Positions 34,418 through 60,240 of a stretch of DNA of 64,000 bases are shown in pieces. The notes under the pieces are model-generated. The model was not told where the DNA came from and did no database searches. It saw only the letters and a program-made list of their open reading frames with translations. Position 1 is the first letter of the stretch. Every line of letters starts with the position of its first letter. Source of the DNA: Macrostomum lignano (lineage: Eukaryota); contig NIVC01000434.1 in assembly GCA_002269645.1 (NCBI GenBank), forward strand, positions 540,199 through 604,198, given 5' to 3'. Both the position numbers and the translations under genes were made by a program.

Positions 34418-37400
34418 GTTGGCTCAGGCAAGAAGCCTGTTTGTTTGGCCAGTATAAATGTCCTGGTTTTCATCAAAATAAACACACGCGATAAAATACG
34501 TATATTTTAACAAAAACCAGAACTGAAAACTAATAATTAACTGAAAACTAGATTTTTTACTTCTCAAAAACATATAATCAGCAGTTAAAAGCACTATTTT
34601 TCTTATACAACTTTTTTTAAAAAGTAAAATTGTTGTTTTTTTGTCGCCATCCGTCGACGCTAGAGAACCGTTGGCTAGATATGTAAATAAAACCCGTATT
34701 TTCGTATCATAGATGTCCATCGAAGCCGGTTAAGTGTTGCCGTCGATAGACGGCGACGTCGAATCGATAGACGTCGGAATGCTGTATATTGGTTTTAATG
34801 TAGCACTCGCCACAGTCAACATCTTGTTATTCATCTCCCGTCTGGAGCTACATATATACATATTACAAGTATGTAGCTCATTCTATATGTTATACTTGTA
34901 AATCCAGGCCTGAGCAGCACTGACGCCAAGCTCTGAAGCTCAGCTCAGTGGGATAAGTCCCCGGTTCCGTTAAGAACAGCCTCAGCACAGCTGCATGGCT
35001 TTATGCAGTTCAATGGAATGTGAAATAATTAAGTTAATGTAAATAACATGTGGCGTAGATGTGCATGTATTATACATATGTATGTACGACGAACTACGTG
35101 AACAGGGATACGTATGCATGCATGTACATGTACAGATTTTGATCACGACAAGAACGTGTATATGGAAAGGAATGGAATACATGTAAGACATGTGATTATA
35201 TCCCGGACTGACTTTCTGTTACCACATGGACATATACTCCATGAATTTAGCCGAGTCAAGCTGTCCCAAGCTTTGCACAACAAGGAACGGATCGGCAGAG
35301 TGCTGAACCAGAAAAAACTGTACAGATGGTTGTACATTATATACACTGTACAATATGCATGGCCTGGTAGAGCACATGTTTAATTACCTGGAAGTGGTTA
35401 TAGTGGGTGAATCCAGAGGGGTGGCTACATGGGGTCATCATGTCTCGCTCGATAGGATGCAGTTGATCACGATTTTTTGTTATATTTACCTTGTTTAATT
35501 TGACGCTTTCATCAAATTAAGTTGTCAGATATGTCAGTACAGATGATGCTCCTATATACTTGTAGGTCGCCATCCACAAAAAATATGAAAGTGCTCCTGC
35601 TGCCTTTTGTCTATTATAGCTATAACTTCATGCATACCGCAACAAAAAAATATTCAAATTCAAAAACAAGCCTCAGATCTTTTAGCGTTATATACTTTTT
35701 TGTACAATTGCCAATGAGAGCAACTTCGCTCGTACAGAGACAGAGAGCTATACAAACTTTGAACCTGGGCCTGGAACTAATTTTGTCGCAATTTGTCTTT
35801 TTTTACAAAACAGCCAATCATTGGGAACAGGTTCATGTAAGCATAGCATGTGCATGTACAGCTCAGGTGAATGTGGCGTGACCCTAAAATTGCAAATCGG
35901 TCAGGAATTTCCTGCGTCACAACTAATCTTGTAATAAGTTCTTAAAAACCTCTTAAGTAAATTCTTTTTAGTCTACTTAAATGCGGAAAATGTATTCAGC
36001 ATTAATACGAGTAATGGCCCCCGAGTCTACAAAAATCGATTCAATCAAGTCGTTGCTATTATAACTTGAGTAAAATATGACTCAGGTACTCGCCTATTTG
36101 ATTGCATTACGAGCTAAAAACTAAAAAACTGTCTACAGTTGCCTGATCAAAATGAGGAGTCGAATGAGTTGTTAAACCAGACTGGTGCTAGGCATTCTTG
36201 GTGCATTTGAACTTTAATTAGGTCTGCACATCTGAGAGGTACGCAGAATTGAACCGAGCCGAGAAAAGGATGTATACAATTCGAGCATGTAAAATGTTGA
36301 AGATCTACATGTAGTTGAAGCACCAAGCGGGTTTCATTCGATAATTTAGTTGGACAGTATAGGACTCTGAGTCCGTGCGTTTTCTGGGGCTAATCCTACC
36401 TAATTCTCCTGAAGAGAGAGCTGCTCCCATATCGGTTGTTGGGATTCAGGTCGCGATTAGATGCGGAAACACCCACCCCACGAGACCTCTCGCTGCGCGC
36501 CTCATCACATCACTATTTGGCGTCCGTGCAGCCTTCACTCTGCATGATAGAAAGGAGTCCCTTGAGAGACGGACCTAATTTTAAGGCGAATCCAAGTCAC
36601 TCTATGCAGTGCAGAAGAGGCCGAGCTGCACGAAAAGACCTGCCTTAAGACGAGGAAGGAAAATGATATCTTTCTTTCACGCTGAGGGGAATGGCGATTG
36701 GGCAACGAGAGAGCATCCTTATTGGGTTAGCAGCGTCCGGCAGTGTGTCTGTCCGTTCGCCTCCCAAATCGTGTTGTGAGTGACAGGGTTGCGGGGAGCG
36801 GGAGCCAAGGGATCAAGTGTTAGCGTGCAGCTGGGAGAATCAAGCCCGTGCAACTCAGAAGGCTTCGCTCTGCAGGCTATCTGACTCGCTCTGTATGCAG
36901 CTAGTCTTTTTAAAAGCAGACCCTTGACTCGCGTGGGGAATTAATATTTTAATTGACCCCGCTGCTGCAGCCTTACACTTGCTGCTCTTTCATCAGCTCT
37001 TTCTCTCGCTGTCTGCCGGCCCCTGGCTACATAGTAATCAACGCTGTGGGAGGGCCCAGCTTCGCATTCAGACTCACGCTTCTCTCCCTATCTCTGGCTA
37101 TTTTATGTGTTCTTCTCTATATGAGTAAAAGTCTCGCATTTCCTTATGTTAATTAATTATTGTGCAAGGCTTCCAGGTCTGTTGTATAATTAGTAAAAAT
37201 GCCTTGACTTCAATAATATCAGCTGAACATTTGTCACCTATAGTGAATGCCTTTTCGGATAGCGACCTCTGCTTATGCAGCCTGTAAAATAAAAAAACTG
37301 AGTCTGATCTCACGAAAAGAGCCTATACTTCAGATCAGGATATTGTGCGACAGGGGGAGGGCGATCTTGACTTTTGTGAAGGTTACAGAAATTTGTGCAG

Positions 37401-37577
37401 TGGTCGGAGCTGTAACGATAGATACTCGTAGTGAGTGACGCCACCTGTTGAGTGGATAGCACAGATGATGCATTGGGAAAAGGAGCAGTTCATCTAAAAC
37501 AAAATTTGCACTGTAAATTTCATCGATACTACAAAGAAAATACTTGGACAGAAGAACATTCTGTTGGAGCCTTCGTC

Positions 37578-38054
37578 GGGCGCCAGAGTATCGGTAACGA
37601 AGCGCCATGTCAGGCAATCGGGCGCCAGAGGATCGGTAACGAAGCGCCATGTAAGGCAATCGGGCGCCAGAGGATCGGTAACGAAGCGCCATGTAAGGCA
37701 ATCGGGCGCCAGAGGATCGGTAACGAAGCGCCATGTAAGGCAATCGGGCGCCAGAGGATCGGTAACGAAGCGCCATGTAAGGCAATCGGGCGCCAGAGGA
37801 TCGGTAACGAAGCGCCATGTAAGGCAATCGGGCGCCAGAGGATCGGTAACGAAGCGCCATGTCAGGAAATCGCGGGCGCCAGAGGATCGGTAACGAAGCG
37901 CCATGTCAGGAAATCGCGGGCGCCAGAGGATCGGTAACGAAGCGCCATGTAAGGCAATCGGGCGCCAGAGGATCGGTAACGAAGCGCCATGTAAGGCAAT
38001 CGGGCGCCAGAGGATCGGTAACGAAGCGCCATGTCAGGAAATCGCGGGCGCCAG
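37578..38054. repeat. 42-bp GC-rich minisatellite, about 11 units, with a 44-bp variant
   Basis: Unit gggcgccagaggatcggtaacgaagcgccatgtaaggcaatc; the variant ends gtcaggaaatcgc. Confidence 0.95.
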
Positions 38055-38940
38055 ATGAGTTAAGAATGTGGCAACTGGGAAGCATGCAGTGCATAGATAC
38101 ATGTAACCTATCGTTGTAAATCCTTGAGCCCTCAGTCTCCACCAGTTCTTTATACAGCCGGGAATCACAGTACTGTTTCCACACCATTGTCGTCGCTTGT
38201 TTAGGTCTCATCAAAAAAGCATCCATTTACTCAGCGCTAACTATATACTAATTTGTTTACAATGGCCCGTGACAAACTGCTCTTTCAACTATTTTGGCTT
38301 CCTGTGTATAAAATAGTCACTTGTTAGCAATTAACAGGTAATAATAATGGATGATGAATGTAGTTTCAGTCCCACAAGTTCTCTTGCGATCATCCAATTG
38401 CAAAAAGCAGGACTTCACCGCATGGTGTTTACGCATCAGTGACTAACTGATTTATAGATTGATAAAATAATGACAAGAGTTAAGTAGAGATAAGAGTCTG
38501 ATGTCTTTCACACCTAATACTCGTACTGGCCATAATTCATCCCGCTTACTTGGATGTGGTGTTTTCAAGCTGGTGTTGCTACCTGAACACCGGATGTGCT
38601 TTTATCTTCCATGAAATTGGCTTTCTGTTTACAAACTGGAAATGGGCGGAAATATATTTTCAGAAACGCGTTCCATCATCTTAAAAGCTCAGACATTCCT
38701 TTTCTGAAGAAGTCGGTCCCAAAATATCCAAATGTTCTAATCTGACCGCCAAGCAAAAAGAAAGCACAAATAGCCACCGCAATGGCTCTGAAGCGCCTTC
38801 ACTTCTGCAAATTTCAGCCTGATAACTCCATGCCTGATTTGAAGAGGCCTGCAGAGTGGGGGCGGAGCGCCGAAATTTTAAGATGGACAGTCAGAGATCC
38901 TAACAGATTCAGTCAGATAAATCCACTGTGACGCAACACA

Positions 38941-39370
38941 GCGACACTTCCCAACTCAGCGACCTCCCCCAACTCAACGACTTCTTCCAACTCAGCGACC
39001 CATCCCAACTCAGCGACCCATCCCAACTCAGCGACCCATCCCAACTCAGCGACCCATCCCAACTCAGCGACCCATCCCAACTCAGCGACCCATCCCAACT
39101 CAGCGACCTCCTCCAACTCAGCGACCTCCTCCAACTCAGCGACCCATCCCAACTCAGCGACCCATCCCAACTTAGCGACCCATCCCAACTTAGCGACCCA
39201 TCCCAACTCAGCGACCATCCCAACTCAGCGACCATCCCAACTCAGCGACCTATCCCAACTCAGGGACCCCCTCCTAACTCTCAGCGACCCCTCTCGACTC
39301 AGCGACCACTCAACAACTTAGCGACCCCTCCAAACTCAGGGATCTCTCCCAACTCAGCTACTTCTCCTAA
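38941..39370. repeat. 18-bp minisatellite
   Basis: Unit cccaactcagcgacccat. Confidence 0.95.
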
Positions 39371-39908
39371 CCCCAGCTCAGTGCTTCTGGAGACAGCGGT
39401 TTTCTTATGAACCTAATAATAAAGCACTTTTGGGGAGATATATTGGAAGTAGGGCAATAGTGTAGATTTCTACTCACTAAGATAGGCAAGCCAGTCTATT
39501 CAATGAGTTTAAGCTTTCCAGTAAAAGTATAAAATCCAGGCGTCTTAAATTAACAGAAAAAACCTGCGCAGACAGCGTCTGCAGGCCAATGCAGAGGTTT
39601 ATTTATTAACGACTGCAGAACTTCAGTGCAAGACGGGGGAGCAATAAATCCTGAATTGTCACTCTGACTCCGCATCGCCATTTCGGGAAAGGAAAATAGC
39701 TCGTAATTGCCGGAGACGAACAAAAACTGTACTACTTTCTCTCAGAGTCTCGGGCGAAGATAGACTGTACGCACATGTCTTCATGGAGTCATAAACGACT
39801 AAGGCAGGGCGCTATACGCTTGCAACTTTTGAAAATCAGAGTTTTTTAATGAGAAAATTTATCAATGAGATAAGTCTCATTTATATATTCTACAGAGAAC
39901 TCTACGAT

Positions 39909-40240
39909 CCCACACATTCCCACACATTCCCATACATTCCCTCACATTCCCACACATTCCCACACATTCCCACACATTCCCACACATTCCCACACATTCC
40001 CACACATTCCCACACATTCCCACACATTCCCACACATTCCCACACATTCCCACACATTCCCACACATTCCCACACATTCCCACACATTCCCACACATTCC
40101 CACACATTCCCACACATTCCCACACATTCCCACACATTCCCACACATTCCCACACATTCCCACACATTCCCACACATTCCCACACATTCCCACACATTCC
40201 CACACATTCCCACACATTCCCACACATTCCAACACATTCT
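39909..40240. repeat. 10-bp satellite (CCCACACATT)n
   Basis: Nearly perfect array. Confidence 0.97.
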
Positions 40241-40366
40241 CACACATCCCAGACATACATTCCACGATCCCACAGAGACACTATCCGGCCCTCGTGGGGT
40301 CCTTTGAAACTTCGCAATAGCAGTCCGCTCAAGGTTTGTGTCTCTTTTCAGCTCTCTTCTCTACAT

Positions 40367-40582
40367 CTCCTCTCCTTCTCTTCTCTCCTCTCCTCTCCTC
40401 TCCTCTCCTCTCCTCTCCTCTCCTCTCCTCTCCTCTCCTCTCCTCTCCTCTCCTCTCCTCTCCTCTTTTCTCCTCTCCTCTCCTCTCCTCTCCTCTCCTC
40501 TCCTCTCCTCTCCTCTCCTCTTTTCTCCTCTCCTCTCCTCTCCTCTCCTCTCCTCTCCTCTCCTCTCCTCTCCTCTCCTCTC
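40367..40582. repeat. (TCTCC)n pentanucleotide microsatellite
   Basis: Direct reading. Confidence 0.97.
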
Positions 40583-41031
40583 ATCTCCGTTTTAAGGAAG
40601 ACTTGCTCCGTTTTGTATTTGAAAGTCCAGAAGGTGAGACATTGTGAATTTTAGTGTTAAACAAACTTGGAAACTTCCTAATATAAGATTCTTGCCAATG
40701 CGCTTCTTCTGCTTTAGTTGTCCATGAATGTCTCCCGAGCAGTCTATGAGCCAATGACTAGAGACGGATAAGGCTAGAGAGAGGGAGTGAAGGACAGACG
40801 GAGGGAAAGAGACCCGCAGATCAAGGCCTCTCTCTTTAGCTATTGGTTCCGCCAGATGCAGTGCTTTACCACGCGGCCAGACACCCCCACTCCGAGCCAA
40901 ATCCTACAGCAAAAGCGAAAGCGAAAACGGAAGCAAGAAAATTTCCTTCACTAAATTCTTGCAACCTCTAACTCTGAAGCAAGTTTTCTAAGCAAAATTA
41001 CATAAGGGTTAGGAAATTGAGCTTAATAAAA

Positions 41032-56702
<15,671 letters not shown>

Positions 56703-56994
56703 CAACCTAACAACAAGCTCAATGAATCCAATAATTGATCCACTTTCTCACAGAGCTGAGCCGCCAAATTGAAACTAATGAACTTGTCTTAAACTACTAT
56801 AAGTAGTAACCTTGCCATTTGTTCGATTTGTGCTCGAAACTTTCTGTTAATCGCTTCTGTTATGTTCTGTTTACACATGCGTTGCAACCCTCCCGACTAG
56901 CCTAACTATTCCGCCCTGACCCATGCAGCTCCCACGACCCATTGACTATTCTACTCTCTGGACACCATCTAAACACGTAAAAACTATCTTCACT

Positions 56995-57135
56995 ACCCTG
57001 ACCCATCCTGACAACCCTGACCCATGTGAGTAACCTGACACATGTGAGTAACCTGACCCATGTGACTACCCCGACCCATCCTGACTACCCTGACCCATCC
57101 TGACTACCCCGACCCATCCTGACTACCCCGACCCA
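56995..57135. repeat. 19-bp tandem repeat abutting the viral element
   Basis: Unit accc(c/t)gacccatcctgact, about 7 copies. Confidence 0.85.
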
Positions 57136-57406
57136 AGTAGTATATAAAAAGACGCTTCTAGACCCAGAGCACTTTTTTAATGACCGTTTTAAGGGTCTAG
57201 AGGGGGGACACGGGGGGTAAATAAAAAAACACATCTAAACACCATTAATACATCTAATCACCCATAATCACCCCTAACAATAAAAATCACTTCCAAACAC
57301 TTCCAAACACTCCCCAACACCCCCCTCGCGTCCCCCCTCTTAAGACCTTACAAACGGCCATTAAAATAAGGTCTGATCTAGAAGCGTCTTTTTCTATACT
57401 ACTACT
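57136..57406. repeat. 270-bp foldback with AGTAGT...ACTACT ends
   Basis: Left arm agtagtatataaaaagacgcttctaga...ggggggacacgggggg (57136-~57217) is inverted relative to the right arm cccccctcgcgtcccccc...tctagaagcgtctttttctatactactact (~57320-57406). Confidence 0.88.
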
Positions 57407-57460
57407 CTATAACCCCTTGCCCGCGCCGCAGGCGCGAAGGGTCTTTTTCTGTTACTAAAA

Positions 57461-57775
57461 ATGACCCGAGTTTACACCTTTTCTGTTAGTGATACTTTTG
57501 AGACTGTTGCTAAAAATGCAGAGATAATAAAACAACATATTTTGAATGGAATAATTGATGAAGTTTATTTAAAATATGACGACAAGCACGACCTAAAACT
57601 TTATCCATTAGAGCTAGATGAGATGTTTGATTTAGAACAAGAGGGTGAGTTAATATTTCAACTTGGAGATTATTTAAATTCGGATGATTGGGAGGTTAGA
57701 TCAACAGATTCCGAATCAACAAATAGTTCATATGAAACCAGCGATTCAGAGAATGAAAGTGAAATTTTTATGTGA
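57461..57775 (+). CDS. Hypothetical 104-aa viral protein with acidic C-terminus
   Basis: ATG preceded by aaaa as in neighbouring viral ORFs; no recognisable domain. Confidence 0.6.
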   Translation: MTRVYTFSVSDTFETVAKNAEIIKQHILNGIIDEVYLKYDDKHDLKLYPLELDEMFDLEQEGELIFQLGDYLNSDDWEVRSTDSESTNSSYETSDSENESEIFM

Positions 57776-57791
57776 AAAAAATATTTAAAAA

Positions 57792-58016
57792 ATGAACTAT
57801 TATTCTATAACAGAAACGACATTTATTGTGAAAAATATATATAAAAAAATGAAGGTAAACTATTCCTACATCGGAAATGTTCCAATTAATGAACTTAATG
57901 AAAATTTAAGTTTGATAACAGTTGAACAAATGTCAATAATAATATTAGTAACAATTATAGTAATAATATTGTTTTTGTTTGTTATAAAAAATTTACTACC
58001 ATGTTGTCTCAAGTAA
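57792..58016 (+). CDS. Hypothetical small membrane protein
   Basis: C-terminal hydrophobic stretch IIILVTIIVIILFLFVI followed by KNLLPCCLK. Confidence 0.5.
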   Translation: MNYYSITETTFIVKNIYKKMKVNYSYIGNVPINELNENLSLITVEQMSIIILVTIIVIILFLFVIKNLLPCCLK

Positions 58017-58026
58017 TTGTTCGAAC

Positions 58027-59175
58027 TTAGTTCGCTGATATTAGTTGGTTCTCATAAAACGAACCCAATATTTCTTCACCGTCCTTATCAGCAATTATAT
58101 AGGTTGTAGGATTGGTATTTAAAACTTTACTGATAGTAAATTTCTCACTTATCTTCCAATATCCTTTTCTTCCTTTTTCAAACTTATCTTTCCATTTATA
58201 GATATAAACAGAATCACCAACCTTAAAAGATTTCTTTTTATTTTTTTCAAATTTTCCAAAAGTAACTTTAACGTTTTCAGGATTGTTATAAGCTTGTTGA
58301 GGAGTCATCTTTATAGCTGAATGATATGAATTGTTATAATCTTTCACTACGTCTGGTAATATTTTTACCCACTTTTGGTTACCATTAAGACTAAACTGAA
58401 ACCATAATTTCTTACCTAAAGTTCGATTAAATCTTTCTATTAATGCGTTTTTACTCTCTCCATAAATAGAATAAATTTTATTAATATACTCCCCATTCGC
58501 GTCTTTTTTCCTTTCTTTTCCTTTTTCAAAATGATACAATTTATACATATGAGGATTGTAAAATTCTTTTCCTTCATCAACACACAATCTTTCGCTTTTT
58601 TCTCCAAGACTTCTAAAAGCAGCAGCAACCTCCTCTCCCTTTTTGGATTTTAAAGGAACAGCCCACGCGTATCGAGTAAAACCATCTAATATGGTTAAGA
58701 TATATTTATATCCTCTTTCGTTCGGCATCGACATTAAATCAGCATACCAAATTTCATTCTTTTTGAAGTTCATGATTTTTCTATAAAATTTAGGTTTTCG
58801 ATATTCTTTATGAAGAATCTTTGCCTCATCAGAACTTAACCCACCACCACTTAATAATAAACACTCGACACAATTATTTCCATGTTGATTATAATTAATT
58901 CCCAAACCAAATTTAACTTTAGACTGCAAAATCTTTTTAACCATCCACCTAGTTAATCTTTGCCCTACCGATAATCCCTGCAAGTTATCTAATCCTTGAA
59001 TCATTTTTTGATCGGCTTCATGTTTTAATCTTAATGCTTCCTCGGGCGGGTTCTTGTCAGCATCTCTATATGCTAAGTCGTGATAGTATGCTAACCAATC
59101 AATCCCATTTATTGGAATTGAATCAGATTTTGGAGTATTGTCAGGATTTAATCTCAAATCTAAGCGAGTGCCGGG
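58027..59175 (-). CDS. 3' exon: PLA2 C-terminal part fused to Polinton-type DDE integrase
   Basis: PGTRL...PINGIDWLAYYHDLAY...HEAD...KVKFGLG (PLA2 with HD dyad), then with no stop GGGL...LHKEYRK...WYADL...YILTILDGFTRYAWAVPLKSK...VDEGKEF...IERFNRTL...NNSYHSAIKMTP...FKVGDSV...LGSFYENQL. Confidence 0.93.
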   Translation of the reverse strand, partial: PGTRLDLRLNPDNTPKSDSIPINGIDWLAYYHDLAYRDADKNPPEEALRLKHEADQKMIQGLDNLQGLSVGQRLTRWMVKKILQSKVKFGLGINYNQHGNNCVECLLLSGGGLSSDEAKILHKEYRKPKFYRKIMNFKKNEIWYADLMSMPNERGYKYILTILDGFTRYAWAVPLKSKKGEEVAAAFRSLGEKSERLCVDEGKEFYNPHMYKLYHFEKGKERKKDANGEYINKIYSIYGESKNALIERFNRTLGKKLWFQFSLNGNQKWVKILPDVVKDYNNSYHSAIKMTPQQAYNNPENVKVTFGKFEKNKKKSFKVGDSVYIYKWKDKFEKGRKGYWKISEKFTISKVLNTNPTTYIIADKDGEEILGSFYENQLISAN

Positions 59176-59478
59176 TAGTTTACCCTCAATCTTTCGAAAG
59201 AGGCTGGAGCACACCTTAAGCGGCGATAATTACCGCCCATCTCCGTCTGCTCTCTGAACCTTCTCCTTATATTTAAAATACTTAGGAGCTTGGCTGCGCA
59301 TTGCCACCATGTCTTCAAGCTTTTTACCTTTGGGAAGAGGAGTTACCTCTGTTCCTTCAAAAGATTTCTCAATTGAAGTGGTACTTGAAGCTGTATGACG
59401 GGTTTCACGCAATTTGGAGATGTCGCCACAAATAGTGACTAGCAAGGACATTGCCTTCCTCACTCAGGCCACGGGATA
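59176..59478 (-). ncRNA. Group I intron, IC1-like, 303 nt
   Basis: Sense-strand elements: P1 exon CAGGU with IGS GCCUG (U-G at the splice site); P AAAUUGCGUGAAA (59403-59415); Q AAUGCGCAGC (59293-59302); R UCAGAGAGCA (59248-59257); S AAGGUGUGCUCC (59206-59217). P7 GAGCA/UGCUC with bulged A and G-C guanosine site; P3 AUCUCC/GGAGAU; P4 UGCGUG/UGCGCA; P5a CUUCAAG/CUUGAAG with an A-rich bulge; P5b with GAAA loop; P6a CUCCU/AGGAG; P8 GGCGGU/AUCGCC; P9 CCUC/GAGG; P9.0 AG/CU. Confidence 0.93.
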
Positions 59479-60213
59479 ACCTGTGAAGTTCATTGATGGT
59501 AGGTGTAGCTCACCCGTATACCTCCCAGTAGTAAATATTGGTGGTAAGCTTGTTAATCCTTTTTGAACATCTAAAAATCCTCCTTCAAATACTAATTGAT
59601 CGTTCCGAAGGAACGCGGACTTCGCCGATCGAACCTTTGGTTCGCATGCGTCGCATGATTGCTCATTTTTTATAGCCTTAAAAATACATGATAGCACCAA
59701 TTGTTTTGCAAATTCTTCAATTGTTGGTTGTTTAACAAATTTAGTTTTATTATCAATAGCAGCTAAGTATCTTTTATTTGTCCAATGTTCAGACTTTTTC
59801 ATATGATCTTCGTCTTTGTAATTAAATGAAGAAGCAGGAATAAAATGATCAATATGTAAAGCACCACCATAGTCTTTTGGAACATAATAATGTTTTGTGA
59901 AATTTAACCAATCAATAAAGAATTCAATTGAGCAACCAAGGTAATCAATAGTATGATTATTTTTTCGAGCATTATTTGATTTTAATAGTTGATTTATTCT
60001 ATTTCGTGAGGTGATAATAAGTTTGTAATTTTCATCAGTGTGATATTTATTTTTTATATATTCTTTATTGTTTTTATTCCACAGTTTTGATATAACTTTC
60101 TCACAAGATCGACAATCATTTCTAAATTTTTTTGAATCATTTCTCCAAAAATAAAATTCTTTTGTCATCGGTTTTTCTTGTTTACACTTAGTACAAATCT
60201 TATTAGTTTCCAT
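59479..60213 (-). CDS. 5' exon: HNH endonuclease (giant-virus type) fused to the PLA2 N-terminus
   Basis: CTKC...CRSC zinc pair, YLGCSIEFFIDWL, LHIDHFIPASSF, HWTN...DNKTK, then CDAC...EGGFLDVQK...GELHLPSMNFTG. If unspliced it stops at TGA 59464-59466 (249 aa). Confidence 0.88.
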
Positions 60214-60240
60214 TTTATAAAAAATAAATTTAACAATTAA

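Noticed and set aside
34020-35340. Possible LINE or gag remnants at 34020-34380 and 35150-35330
   Set aside because: Only faint motif resemblance (for example HGHILHEFSR...LYRW), too degenerate to call by eye.
37578-38054. CRISPR-like appearance of the 42-bp array (also the 38- and 39-bp arrays)
   Set aside because: Units are head-to-tail with no unique spacers, there are no cas genes, and the context is eukaryotic.
59230-59463. 77-aa ORF MRKAMSLLV...
   Set aside because: It lies wholly over the ribozyme core, starts at GTG and has no endonuclease motif, so it is incidental.
59176-59478. Reading the insert as an intein, a spliceosomal intron or a small TE
   Set aside because: It has two in-frame stops (not an intein), no AG at the required 3' end, and no convincing TIR or TSD. 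The group I core explains it fully.
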